From positions 4,022 to 68,021 of IMG/VR virus record IMGVR_UViG_2974760311_000001: a DNA stretch of 64,000 bases; one strand, given 5' to 3'. The position numbers and the translations under genes are program-made. The DNA is from a virus. Its lineage: Duplodnaviria; Caudoviricetes. Shown in pieces: positions 19,401 through 28,505 of the stretch. The notes under the pieces are model-generated. The model did no database searches. It saw only the letters and a list, made by a program, of their open reading frames with translations, and had not been told where the DNA came from. How positions within the stretch are numbered: position 1 is the first letter of the stretch; each line of letters opens with the position of its first letter.

Positions 19401-20331
19401 CATCGGCCCGTCTCTGGGCACTCTGGCTTTGAGCCGCGACAGTGCGTTTGAGATTCCGGAATTCAAGCTAAGGGGTAGTTACCCCGAGGGCACTACTTCG
19501 TTTTTGAGGATTACAAACTCTGCGGGTGGTGAGCTTGCAGAGTTTGAGGGGACCGTTACCGCTAAGGGTATTCATTACCTTCAGGCCCCCGATGATGTGA
19601 AGGATATTCCGCACGGCGCTAATTTCCAGCTCTATGTGCAGTATCCGGACATGGAGCCGGTGTGTCTGCATTACGGGACGGTTATTCGCACGGAGCCACG
19701 GTTCCCGCTTGAGACGGTGGTTAGCCCTGAGGATGCGGCTAAGCAGTTTAAGGCTGACTTCTCTGAGGGTTATGTGGGGCCGATGTGGAAGCCGCTCGGC
19801 GGCAAGGGGTCGCTAATGATCCACACGTGGACGCTGATTAGTCAGGCACCTTCTTTGGGGCCGAACTATTCGCTGTTCTCGTCGGCGTCTGCGCGGTGGC
19901 TGTGGCCGTTGAGCATGGATTCTATGACCATCGTTGTAAAGGTCGTTAACGTTGGCGCGGGTAAGTTCAATGTCATTCTCTGCGGCGACTATTTGCTTCA
20001 GTCGTGGATTGGCATTCAGTTTGAAACTGGCATCTCTAATAACAAACTCCACGTTTTGACGGGCGATGGCGGCGCTCTGTCGTGGGACATTCAGGAGTCG
20101 GTGAATAACACCACGTCTAACGGAGATGTCTACACGATCAAGTACAACCATCTGCTTAACACGATTGCCTGCTATAAGGGCACGTCGTTGGAGCCGGTTA
20201 TCGAGTGGGAAGACACCGACAACATTGTTCCGCATGGCGAGGGGTTCCGTTATACGGGCTTGTCGTGGCATACGTCGCTGTTTACGCCGGGTGTTGAGCC
20301 GACCGCATGGGAAGCGAAGGACGGTGTTTAG
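19393..20331 (+). CDS. Minor tail protein (beta-sandwich)
   Basis: 312 aa, LALSRDSAF N-terminus, GEGFRYTG C-terminus; last gene before lysis cassette. Confidence 0.65.
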   Translation: MLNIGPSLGTLALSRDSAFEIPEFKLRGSYPEGTTSFLRITNSAGGELAEFEGTVTAKGIHYLQAPDDVKDIPHGANFQLYVQYPDMEPVCLHYGTVIRTEPRFPLETVVSPEDAAKQFKADFSEGYVGPMWKPLGGKGSLMIHTWTLISQAPSLGPNYSLFSSASARWLWPLSMDSMTIVVKVVNVGAGKFNVILCGDYLLQSWIGIQFETGISNNKLHVLTGDGGALSWDIQESVNNTTSNGDVYTIKYNHLLNTIACYKGTSLEPVIEWEDTDNIVPHGEGFRYTGLSWHTSLFTPGVEPTAWEAKDGV

Positions 20332-21509
20332 GCACTTTGGCGCTACTGGGAAGCCTTACGGCTGATTCGTCTTTTGACGATGTTGGGGAAGCGATTGTTA
20401 GGGAATGTCTAAGGCGCGGTTATCCGCCGACTAAGACCATTGCGTGTGTCTCGACTGCGATTCAGGAGTCCTACCTCAGGCCGCGCGCGCGAAGCGCTAA
20501 CGGCCTGTGGGTAGGCATTTACCAGCAGGACACGAGTTATCCAAAGCGGGAGGACCCGAACGAAAACATTCGGGAGTTCCTGAACCGGCTGGATGTTAAA
20601 TGCGCGAGCGCGGGTGCGTCTCCGGACCCGTGGAAAAACATCTTCTGGCTTCAGCAGAGGCCGGGGGAGAAGTCCGCTGAGGACGCGTACCGCAATGGTC
20701 GCCAGGCGTACCTAACCGAGATTAAGAGTCGCGTTAATCAGGCGACGGTTTTATTTGAGAAGTATTCGGGGGGTGAGGTAATCGTGGCCGAACGGCCAGA
20801 CTTTAACGAGTACGCGATTTGGAGTCCTAACCGCTCTTCACGCAACGGTGTTAAGCCGACCATGTTCCTTCTCCATACGCAGGAGGGGAGCGGCAATGCG
20901 GATTCGTTGGCGAAGTATTTCACGTCCGCGAATCAGGTTAGTTACCACTACACGATTTCTAAGGGCGCTAACGACGATGGGGTGACTGTCGTCGACTGTG
21001 TTGATACGGATTACGCGGCGTGGTCGGTGGGTAACGCGAATAGCCGGTCGATCAACCTGTGCTTTGCGGGTTCGTTCGCGTCGTGGACGCGTGAGCAGTG
21101 GTTGGCTAAGGCTGGCCGCGCTATCGACGTGGCCGCGTATCTGGCGGTGCAGGACGCTAAGAAGTACGGGTTTTCGACGCTGGTGGTGCCGCCGCCGTAC
21201 TCGAATGGCACGCCGGGTATCAGCGATCACCGTTGGGTCACGGACGTGTTCAAGTGGGGCACCCATACGGACGTTGGTCCAGGGTTCCCGTGGGACGTGC
21301 TAGCGGCCTCTGTGGCGAAGTACACGGGCCAGGCGCAGGCCCCGGCAGCACCGTCGTTCGCCTACCCGTCCACGGACGTAATGATCCGCGAGATTTGGGA
21401 ACAGTTGCGCGGCCCGCAGGGTAAGGGTTGGCCGCAGCTTGGTAAGAACGCTAGGGGCGAGAACTTGACCCTTGTCGACGCCATCGCCGAACTGAAAGCG
21501 GCGAGCTAG
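20307..21509 (+). CDS. lysA: Lysin A (N-acetylmuramoyl-L-alanine amidase type)
   Basis: FLLHTQEG, VSYHY, AWSVGNANSRSINLCFAG, GISDH..HTDVGPGFPWD amidase motifs; C-terminal GWPQLG..LTLVDA binding motif. True start may be TTG 20337. Confidence 0.9.
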   Translation: MGSEGRCLGTLALLGSLTADSSFDDVGEAIVRECLRRGYPPTKTIACVSTAIQESYLRPRARSANGLWVGIYQQDTSYPKREDPNENIREFLNRLDVKCASAGASPDPWKNIFWLQQRPGEKSAEDAYRNGRQAYLTEIKSRVNQATVLFEKYSGGEVIVAERPDFNEYAIWSPNRSSRNGVKPTMFLLHTQEGSGNADSLAKYFTSANQVSYHYTISKGANDDGVTVVDCVDTDYAAWSVGNANSRSINLCFAGSFASWTREQWLAKAGRAIDVAAYLAVQDAKKYGFSTLVVPPPYSNGTPGISDHRWVTDVFKWGTHTDVGPGFPWDVLAASVAKYTGQAQAPAAPSFAYPSTDVMIREIWEQLRGPQGKGWPQLGKNARGENLTLVDAIAELKAAS

Positions 21510-22540
21510 TGGCGAAGGGTCTCAATGGTGAGTGGATCGGCTACGGGCCTGGGGACTCCGGTACTCAGGTCCTAGCCGCCCGCGAAAAGCTCAAGGCGAA
21601 GTTCTCGTACGGCAAGCATCTGAAGCTGACGACGCTCTATGACGCTGAGCTTCTGCCGGTTCTGGTGGAATTCCAGCTCCGCACGAATGTGCAGCGTGCG
21701 TTGACCGGTAAGCAGCTCTTGCGGGTCGACGGCATTTTGGATTACGCGACTCAGGTGGCGTTGGGCATTGTGGCCCCGCCCGCTGTGGTTAAGCCGCTGT
21801 TGTTCACGGTTCATGGCACCGGCCAGCCGGTTCCGGATGGGCCGGGGTTGCCCGCTGATACGGCGCGCAATGTGCTCGACAAGTGGGATTGGCAGCCTAT
21901 CGGGAATTACCCGGCTGAGCCGTTCCCCATGTGGCCGTCGATCCTTAAGGGTGTTGCGGAGCTGCGGGTGCAGATTCGTAAGGCGTTCGCGGCTAACCCT
22001 AACCGGAAGATCGGTTTTGCTGGCTACTCGCAGGGCGCGGTTGTTGTGTCGCTGGTGATGAAGTACGACTTCATGGCCGAGGGCGGCGAGTTCAACGCGC
22101 TGTACAAGGCCGGTCAGGTTATCGCTGTGGTCACGTGGGGCAACCCGATGCGTGAGCGCGGTGTGCAGCATTCGGACGGCACTAAGCAGGTCGCTCCCGC
22201 TGACACTGAGGGAATCCTTGAGGACCGTCTTCAGGGGACACCGGCGATGTGGCGTGAGTATGCGCATAAGGGTGACATGTACGCGGCGTGCGAACTTACC
22301 GGCGTTCAACGCGGGGATAATAAGCGCGCTATTTGTAAGATTGTCATGTGGCATGAAGTGCTTAAGGGTGAGAACAACATTTTGGCGCAGATTGCCGAGT
22401 TGTTGCAGCAGCCAGTGTTGCACATCATTCCGCTGTTTCAGTCGATTGTGGACGCGGGCATGTTCTTTACGGCTGGTGTTGATGGCCCGCATAACTACGC
22501 GATCCAGCCAGCTATTGATTACCTAAGGAGTGTTGTTTAG
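21509..22540 (+). CDS. lysB: Lysin B (cutinase-like mycolylarabinogalactan esterase)
   Basis: PLLFTVHGTG, WQPIGNYPA..FPM, GYSQG nucleophile elbow, WGNPMR. Confidence 0.9.
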   Translation: MAKGLNGEWIGYGPGDSGTQVLAAREKLKAKFSYGKHLKLTTLYDAELLPVLVEFQLRTNVQRALTGKQLLRVDGILDYATQVALGIVAPPAVVKPLLFTVHGTGQPVPDGPGLPADTARNVLDKWDWQPIGNYPAEPFPMWPSILKGVAELRVQIRKAFAANPNRKIGFAGYSQGAVVVSLVMKYDFMAEGGEFNALYKAGQVIAVVTWGNPMRERGVQHSDGTKQVAPADTEGILEDRLQGTPAMWREYAHKGDMYAACELTGVQRGDNKRAICKIVMWHEVLKGENNILAQIAELLQQPVLHIIPLFQSIVDAGMFFTAGVDGPHNYAIQPAIDYLRSVV

Positions 22541-22984
22541 GTGTTGGTTTACGACGAGAAGTTCCCTCTGTTGAGCGACAAGTTCAAGGGCGACGAGGTT
22601 GTTATTCAGGCCGCGCGCGGCGGCAAGGTGGATAAGCATTTCCGGCGCAACTATGCGCTCGCTAAGCACCTGGCAGACCGGGGCGTGGTGAAGAAGATTT
22701 TCGTGCGTGTGGGGGTCAACAGGGATTCGTGGGTTCACACGGTGAATGCGGTTACGTCGGCGGTGTCGGGCCGTCCGCTGCATTGGGCTGCGGCGTTCGT
22801 GGTCGACGCGGAGGTCCGCGACATCGGCACGGACAAGCTGGAGCAGGTTCTTACCGCGCTCGACGAGCTGGGCGTTGAACCTGCCCCGAAGGCCCCGGTG
22901 AAGGCTCCCGCTCCGGTGCAGGCTAAGCCCGCGCCTAAGCAGGAATCGAAGAGTGAAGAAAAGGACGGTAAGGACGGTGAGTAA
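22541..22984 (+). CDS. Hypothetical protein
   Basis: 147-aa ORF abutting lysB, codon usage like neighbours. Confidence 0.6.
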   Translation: MLVYDEKFPLLSDKFKGDEVVIQAARGGKVDKHFRRNYALAKHLADRGVVKKIFVRVGVNRDSWVHTVNAVTSAVSGRPLHWAAAFVVDAEVRDIGTDKLEQVLTALDELGVEPAPKAPVKAPAPVQAKPAPKQESKSEEKDGKDGE

Positions 22985-23238
22985 TGAAGATTCTCGGTCA
23001 CAAGCCGAGCGAGATTCGGAAGGCGATTGCGGGGTTCGCGGCTGCCCTGTTGGTGCTACTGGTGGCGTTGCCTGTGGCAGGACTTCCGGTCGCTGTTGCG
23101 GGTGCGATAGCGACTGTGACGGCCTTCCTAACGGGTGTAAGCGTCTATCTAGCTAAGCCTAACGTTTCGGCGGTTATTGACGGGTTGGATCATGTAGACC
23201 CGCCCGTGAATTACCCGCCCTTTATTGAGAAGGGATAA
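22984..23238 (+). CDS. Holin
   Basis: 84 aa, two hydrophobic helices, basic N-terminus (SEIRKAIAGF), within lysis cassette. Confidence 0.75.
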   Translation: MKILGHKPSEIRKAIAGFAAALLVLLVALPVAGLPVAVAGAIATVTAFLTGVSVYLAKPNVSAVIDGLDHVDPPVNYPPFIEKG

Positions 23239-23241
23239 GCC

Positions 23242-23661
23242 TTGGACCCGAGCGATATGGCAGTTGCGATTGCGAGAGATTGGCCCGACCTTGCGGTTGT
23301 CGCAAGTCTCTTGTGCGGGCTGTACGTGATCGTTCGTTACCTGGCTGGAACCTTTGAGTCTGTTAGTAGGGCGCTAGGGCCGGTGGGGCGTTGGTTCCGG
23401 TCCCGGCGCGCTATTAACAAAGCTGAACTAATGGATATGCAGAAGCGCGTTGAGTATTTGGATGAACGTGTTACGCGCCTGCTTTACCGTGACCAGTGTT
23501 ATTTCGCGTACGTGTTAGCAGACACGGAGTGGCATCGGAGGCATGAGATTAAGGCCGCAGCGCTGGGTTGGGACCTTGAGCGGCATGTCTCGTTTATTGA
23601 GTTCCGAGACCGCTGGATGCGCGACCGTGGACTAGATAAGGAATTGGACATTTGGAAGTAA
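23242..23661 (+). CDS. Lysis-cassette membrane protein
   Basis: N-terminal TM helix followed by coiled coil; follows holin. Confidence 0.6.
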   Translation: MDPSDMAVAIARDWPDLAVVASLLCGLYVIVRYLAGTFESVSRALGPVGRWFRSRRAINKAELMDMQKRVEYLDERVTRLLYRDQCYFAYVLADTEWHRRHEIKAAALGWDLERHVSFIEFRDRWMRDRGLDKELDIWK

Positions 23662-23921
23662 AAGTTTATTCGCCGACGACTCCATGCACGTACTGCATGG
23701 CTACTAAGCTCGCGCTTAAGAAGGCGGGTATTCCATTTGAGCCTCTAACTGCCACCGACGAAGACGCCGACAAGTTCAGGACCGAGGGGCATTCGTCGTT
23801 CCCGGTGGTCATTGTTGACTGCGGGGACGGCGCTACTTGGTCGTGGAGCGGATACCGACACGACAACATTAAGCGACTTAAAGAGCTAAGCGAGGAACGA
23901 ACGGGCCAGACAGCGGCCTAA
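23652..23921 (+). CDS. nrdH: NrdH-like glutaredoxin
   Basis: VYS..PCTYCMATK..L.KAGIPF..FPVVIV..WSWSGYR. Confidence 0.8.
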   Translation: MEVKVYSPTTPCTYCMATKLALKKAGIPFEPLTATDEDADKFRTEGHSSFPVVIVDCGDGATWSWSGYRHDNIKRLKELSEERTGQTAA

Positions 23922-23928
23922 CATGACT

Positions 23929-23984
23929 AGGGCACCCGTGCTCCCCTTTTTCCCCTGGGGTCGAGCACGGGTGCCCTCTTTTTT
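23929..23984 (+). terminator. Intrinsic terminator ending the late operon
   Basis: 15-bp stem AGGGCACCCGTGCTC / GAGCACGGGTGCCCT followed by TTTTTT; between convergent genes. Confidence 0.85.
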
Positions 23985-24012
23985 CGTATCTAGAGTTTTT
24001 TCGTATCTAGAG
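23979..24012. repeat. 17-bp perfect tandem duplication
   Basis: TTTTTTCGTATCTAGAG x2. Confidence 0.9.
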
Positions 24013-24213
24013 TTTGGCGGGTGGGTACTTGCCGTATATGCCGCGCTCGTCCCCAGCCAGCACGAGCCGGTGCTCCCGGTCGGCCTGCGTGGCAATGGCG
24101 CGCATTTCCTTGGCCCTTATTGCTGCCTGATCGGCCCTGTAGCCGACGATCTGCTTCCCCATGACCCACAGGAGCCAGGAGACGGCTCCGATGAGCACCA
24201 CAGCCTCAATCAT
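24007..24213 (-). CDS. Small membrane protein
   Basis: 68 aa, N-terminal TM helix; ATGA overlap with upstream gene. Confidence 0.65.
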   Translation of the reverse strand: MIEAVVLIGAVSWLLWVMGKQIVGYRADQAAIRAKEMRAIATQADREHRLVLAGDERGIYGKYPPAKL

Positions 24214-24962
24214 GCCGCCAGTTTATCTCTCAAGATCGGATTCCACCCCCACAGCTCCCGATGCACGCCGACGAGCCACGCGTTGATGCGCTCCATGTCG
24301 GGACCGTCAGGCAGGGTGGTCCTCTGCTCGGCGGCTTGGATGAGTGACCGCCAGTGCTCGATTTCCCTGAGCACTTCAGCTTCGGGGACCTCACCGTTAC
24401 GGATGCTTAGCAGATAGCCACGTTCCTGCTCGATCATGGGCATGACCATGTTGTGCGTGATGAGCATTTCGTGGCCCTGCATCAGCAAACGCACTGCGTG
24501 GAATGCGGCCTTGGTGTCGTAGCCGTGCTTAGCGATCAGCTCTGGCCGGTTGGTGCGTGGGGCCTTCTTGCCAGTGAGGCGCGCGTACATGGAGTCCGCG
24601 TATCCCATGTGCCGCGCGGCTAGGCGCTTAGACAGGAACATCCGCGCGTTGGCTTGTAGCCCGATCATGTCGGGGGAGCGGAGGTTTGGGGTGAACAACA
24701 GTGTCATGACTGTCGGGTTGCCTTGGCACACGAGGCTCACGTACTTGCGAAGGCCATAAAACTGGGTCTCAGAGTCGCCAGGCTCGCTCTTCACGCCCTC
24801 TGGCTTGTCCCGGTCGCGGATGGCCCCGGCGAGCGGCTTAAGGCCAATTAGCGCTTCTGGCGGGTCTGCGTATATCCCGATGTAATCATGATCAGAATCT
24901 TCGCGGTTTAGCCCGTGGGCGAATGATCCGATTTCGCCAATGATCAGCGGCTGCATGTCCAT
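24210..24962 (-). CDS. Pol-beta-fold nucleotidyltransferase (RlaP / Nuc-transf-like)
   Basis: GSFAHGL..DSDHDYIGIY (GS..DxD) and YDTKAAFHAVRLL motifs. Confidence 0.8.
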   Translation of the reverse strand: MDMQPLIIGEIGSFAHGLNREDSDHDYIGIYADPPEALIGLKPLAGAIRDRDKPEGVKSEPGDSETQFYGLRKYVSLVCQGNPTVMTLLFTPNLRSPDMIGLQANARMFLSKRLAARHMGYADSMYARLTGKKAPRTNRPELIAKHGYDTKAAFHAVRLLMQGHEMLITHNMVMPMIEQERGYLLSIRNGEVPEAEVLREIEHWRSLIQAAEQRTTLPDGPDMERINAWLVGVHRELWGWNPILRDKLAA

Positions 24963-24976
24963 GTGTCCCCCTAAAT

Positions 24977-25036
24977 GAAACTGGCCCCTACGCCAGGTGC
25001 TCCCCTCCCAAAGAGCACCGGCCAGGGGCCAGTTTC
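24977..25036 (-). other. Hairpin between lsr2 and nucleotidyltransferase
   Basis: GAAACTGGCCCCT / AGGGGCCAGTTTC with inner GGTGCTC / GAGCACC. Confidence 0.6.
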
Positions 25037-25046
25037 GGTCTGTGCG

Positions 25047-25475
25047 TTAGGACTGCGCTGCGGAGAACTCAGGCGCGTCCTTGCGCGGTGCAGCTTTCTT
25101 AGCTGCCGGTTTCTTCTCTGGCTCAGCTTCGCTGGTCGCGGCTTTCCAGGCCCGCACGACTTCTGCGGAGACCCGGCCCTTGTCGCTGATGTCGAAGCCA
25201 TTAGCCCTGGCCCACTGCCGGATTTCCGCGAGCGGAAGACCCGGCTCCCCACCGGAGTGGGTGATGCGGTTAGTGCGACGACGCACACGCTCCGCACGAC
25301 CGACACGCGTGGCAACCTCAAGCCACTTCGCCAAGTCTTTGTCGAACGCTTTCGCGTTCTTATCCGAGAGGTCGAGGTGGTACTCGACTCCATCGACGGC
25401 GAAGTTGCGTTCGGTGCTGGCTTCCAGCTCCGGCTCAAGATCGTCAAACAACGTGACGGTTACGCGCTTACCCAT
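25047..25475 (-). CDS. lsr2: Lsr2-like nucleoid-associated protein
   Basis: MGKRVTVTLFDDL..FAVDGVEYHLDLSDKNA and EIRQWARANGFDISDKGRVSAEV motifs. Confidence 0.95.
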   Translation of the reverse strand: MGKRVTVTLFDDLEPELEASTERNFAVDGVEYHLDLSDKNAKAFDKDLAKWLEVATRVGRAERVRRRTNRITHSGGEPGLPLAEIRQWARANGFDISDKGRVSAEVVRAWKAATSEAEPEKKPAAKKAAPRKDAPEFSAAQS

Positions 25476-25716
25476 CGCTTTCGTATCCCTTCAAGTGCGG
25501 TTGCGTACTTGCTGTGTACGACATTAAGCGCTTGAGTTCGCTGATGTCAACTGAAACGCCGTCAACTTCTGGATTTCCTCGATAGCGCATACATCCGCAG
25601 CGCTGAGCTTTCCGCTTTCGTCCGCGATAGTGGCAGCGCCATCCGACGCCTCTGTCTGGGCTATGGCAAATCCTGCCGTGACCACAGGTTTCGCAGAGAG
25701 GCCAACGGATTCTCAC
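25468..25716 (-). CDS. Hypothetical Cys/His-rich protein
   Basis: CETCGHGRICH..C..C..C; overlaps the lsr2 start. Confidence 0.5.
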   Translation of the reverse strand: MRIRWPLCETCGHGRICHSPDRGVGWRCHYRGRKRKAQRCGCMRYRGNPEVDGVSVDISELKRLMSYTASTQPHLKGYESDG

Positions 25717-26041
25717 GCGCGCGTGTCTCCTACCGTACTTACGTAACCACTAGTTCTCTTGACTGTTTACCTACTCAACGTGACTCTCGTTGAGCGAGTG
25801 CTTGAAGGATTTCTTTTTCTCTTCACTCAACCCCCTGCCCAAGGTGACGTTTGGAGGTTTGTGTCGTTGCCTTGGTCGGGGACGGTACTAGCGCCCCCCC
25901 TACCCCCCCAGTTTTCGGGTCGACCCCGAAAAATCGAAATGTTAGAAACATTCTCATAGTTCTCTTACTGTTTGAGGGTGTCTGAAACATGTCCGCAGGT
26001 GAGGCCCTTAACCCGTTCTGACCAGCCACGATCTGATTCTT

Positions 26042-26251
26042 AGTTGACACCTGTGTTGACACTTGACAGAGAAAACCGCTCTGACCAGGCATTTCTTAGA
26101 AGAGTCTGAGGATTAAAAGTCCCCAGAGGCACCCCCCTGCACATGCTGGTGTAGTCTGTCAAACATCCAGCTAACGAGGGTTTAAGTCTCGTATGGCACG
26201 CTGTGGCACTGCTGGATAGTTGACACCTTAGTTGACACCTAGTTGACACCT
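26042..26251. other. attP: attP region with integrase arm-type repeats and candidate core
   Basis: AGTTGACACCT at 26042, 26218, 26230, 26241 and TGTTGACAC at 26054; between them CTGAGGA-TTAAAAG-TCCCCAG (26106-26126), an imperfect inverted repeat with 7-bp spacer; directly upstream of integrase. Confidence 0.75.
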
Positions 26252-26264
26252 GGGAGGGTGCGGA

Positions 26265-27572
26265 GTGGCCGAGACGGACTCGAAAATTAAGAGACGCCTA
26301 AGGGGTGATGGGGGTCTCACCTACGACAAATCGCGGGGTCTCTACATCGGCATCGTGTGGGTGGTTGGACCGGACGGAAAACGTCGCCAGAAGCGCGTCT
26401 CAAGCCGCAAAGAGAGCGAGGCTCTGCGGAAGCTGAACAAGCTCCGCGCCGACGTGCTCGCGGGCAAGATCGCCACGACGCCGGGGAAGGTCAAGACGGT
26501 CGGCGAATGGCTGGACTACTGGCTCACCGTCAAAAAGAGCGAGTGCCGCCCCAGCACGTACGAGTCCTACGAAGGCTCCGCGCGGCTATACCTCAAGCCG
26601 CACCTGGGACACATCCGGCTCGACAAGCTCACAACGCCTCAGGTGCGCGACATGCTGACGAAAGTGCGCGACGGGGGTGGGAACACCAAGGCGTCCACGC
26701 GAAACCCTCAGAAGGCGTATCAGGCCCTAAACAACGCCATGAAACTCGCCGTGGACGAAGGCGTGTTGGACCGCAACCCGGTGGCCCCGATCAAAAAGCC
26801 GGGGCACGTGAAGCAACAACGCGGCGCATTCGAGACGAGCGCTGCGGTTCACCTGCTTAAGACGGCGGCAGCTCTCGACGACGAGGACAACCCTAAGCGG
26901 CCTAAGCTCGCTTCGCATTGGGCGGCGGCTTTCATGACCGGCGCGCGGCAAGCCGAACTGCTTGGTCTGGAATGGGACCGGGTTGATTTCGACCGGGGCG
27001 TGCTCGACATCTCCTGGCAGTTGCAACGGCTGAAGTATGCGCACGGCTGTGGGCTTAATAGCGACGGTGAACCTAAGTGTGGTCGGCAGCGTGTCGGTTA
27101 CTGCCCTGAGCGCAAGTTTGTCCCACCGCCAGGGTTCGAGTACCGGCACTGCCATCGGTCCCTGTTTTGGACGCGACCTAAGTCGTTAGCGGGGGAGCGG
27201 ACGGTGCCAATGGCTCCGCTGCTTCTGGAATCGCTTAAGGTGCATAAGCGGCTGGATAAGGACCCGAATCCGCATAACCTGGTGTGGCATCACCGGGACG
27301 GCAGGCCGATCAGCCAGGAGGACGATAACGAGCATTGGAATCGGCTTGTCGCGGCGGCGGGTATCGAGAAGCGTCCGCGTGAGGTTGTATTGCATGAGGC
27401 GCGCAATACGGCGGCGACGATGCTCTTAGAGTCTGGTATCGACGCTAAGGTCATTCAGACGATCTTGGGGCACGCGTCGATCTTGCAGACACGGGACTAT
27501 CAGCGGGTGAGTCTGGAATTGAGTAAGAGCGCCGTAAGCAATGCTTTCGACGCTCTGTTACCCAGTGTTTAG
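26265..27572 (+). CDS. int: Tyrosine integrase
   Basis: TGARQAELLGL (R), LHEARNT (HxxR), ILGH..Y; N-terminal arm-binding and SAM-like domains. Confidence 0.95.
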   Translation: MAETDSKIKRRLRGDGGLTYDKSRGLYIGIVWVVGPDGKRRQKRVSSRKESEALRKLNKLRADVLAGKIATTPGKVKTVGEWLDYWLTVKKSECRPSTYESYEGSARLYLKPHLGHIRLDKLTTPQVRDMLTKVRDGGGNTKASTRNPQKAYQALNNAMKLAVDEGVLDRNPVAPIKKPGHVKQQRGAFETSAAVHLLKTAAALDDEDNPKRPKLASHWAAAFMTGARQAELLGLEWDRVDFDRGVLDISWQLQRLKYAHGCGLNSDGEPKCGRQRVGYCPERKFVPPPGFEYRHCHRSLFWTRPKSLAGERTVPMAPLLLESLKVHKRLDKDPNPHNLVWHHRDGRPISQEDDNEHWNRLVAAAGIEKRPREVVLHEARNTAATMLLESGIDAKVIQTILGHASILQTRDYQRVSLELSKSAVSNAFDALLPSV

Positions 27573-28355
27573 TTAGTGCGCGGTCTTGTGACGCCTGTGT
27601 TCGCGCCGGGAAGTCTTTCGCTTGAGGGGCTTCTCGGCGCGAATGCGTTGCCACATGTGGAGCTTGATGTACCGGCGCTTGCGAATCCACGAGATAGACG
27701 CGGCTGCCATGAACAGGAGCGCCGCGAAGGACCTGAACCGCCAGCCCCACGGCTCCCACAGGCTGACCGGAGCAAACCACCTGGTCAGGGGCGCGGCCAC
27801 CTGGAAAACGAACGCGGCAAGGTGGAGGTCGACCACGATCCCCGAACGCGGGTCAGTGCGCTTAATGCGCCATAACAGGTAGCCGATGTGGCTAAGCGTG
27901 TAGATGAGGCTGACCGCCAGGATTTCCATTACCCACCGGGATTGAGCGGTCCAGAGGCCAATGACGGTGGGTAACATGATGGTTCCCGGGAGGACCACGT
28001 ACAGGTTCATGTAGCGGGCCTTAGCCGCGCACTCCCACACCATGCGGCCAGCCAGGTCGAGAAGGAACATCTGCGCGGCCAGCAGGAGCGTTAGGTACCC
28101 GATAAGGAATTGGCCGGGGAGTGCGTCGGTGCGTATTTCCGGCGACAGGCGGGGGTTGAAGACGATGAGCTGTGGCGAGAGGCACAGTGTGCCTACGCAC
28201 AGGAGCGCAATGCAGGCTGTGGCGGCTGTTTCCCAGCGGACAAGCCACGTGTGCCTGCGGATGTAAAGCGCGGTGCATCCTGCGGCGAGAACTGTGCCTA
28301 AGAGCGCGCTGTCAACAATCTGTGTGTGATAGAGCACAGAGTGCGTCGTATGCAT
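27573..28355 (-). CDS. Multi-pass membrane protein downstream of repressor
   Basis: 260 aa with ~7 hydrophobic segments and basic C-tail; same strand as repressor. Confidence 0.7.
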   Translation of the reverse strand: MHTTHSVLYHTQIVDSALLGTVLAAGCTALYIRRHTWLVRWETAATACIALLCVGTLCLSPQLIVFNPRLSPEIRTDALPGQFLIGYLTLLLAAQMFLLDLAGRMVWECAAKARYMNLYVVLPGTIMLPTVIGLWTAQSRWVMEILAVSLIYTLSHIGYLLWRIKRTDPRSGIVVDLHLAAFVFQVAAPLTRWFAPVSLWEPWGWRFRSFAALLFMAAASISWIRKRRYIKLHMWQRIRAEKPLKRKTSRREHRRHKTAH

Positions 28356-28505
28356 TTACGAATGCCTTTGCGAAGCGGGGTTCCTTACTGGACCCATCAG
28401 TGGGAGGAAACGCGGCCCCGAAGGACCGCGTTACACCCAATGTACTCCGTTTAGACACATGCGTCAAATCCTATTTGAGCTGCGAAAAGACGGCAAAAAG
28501 GCGCG

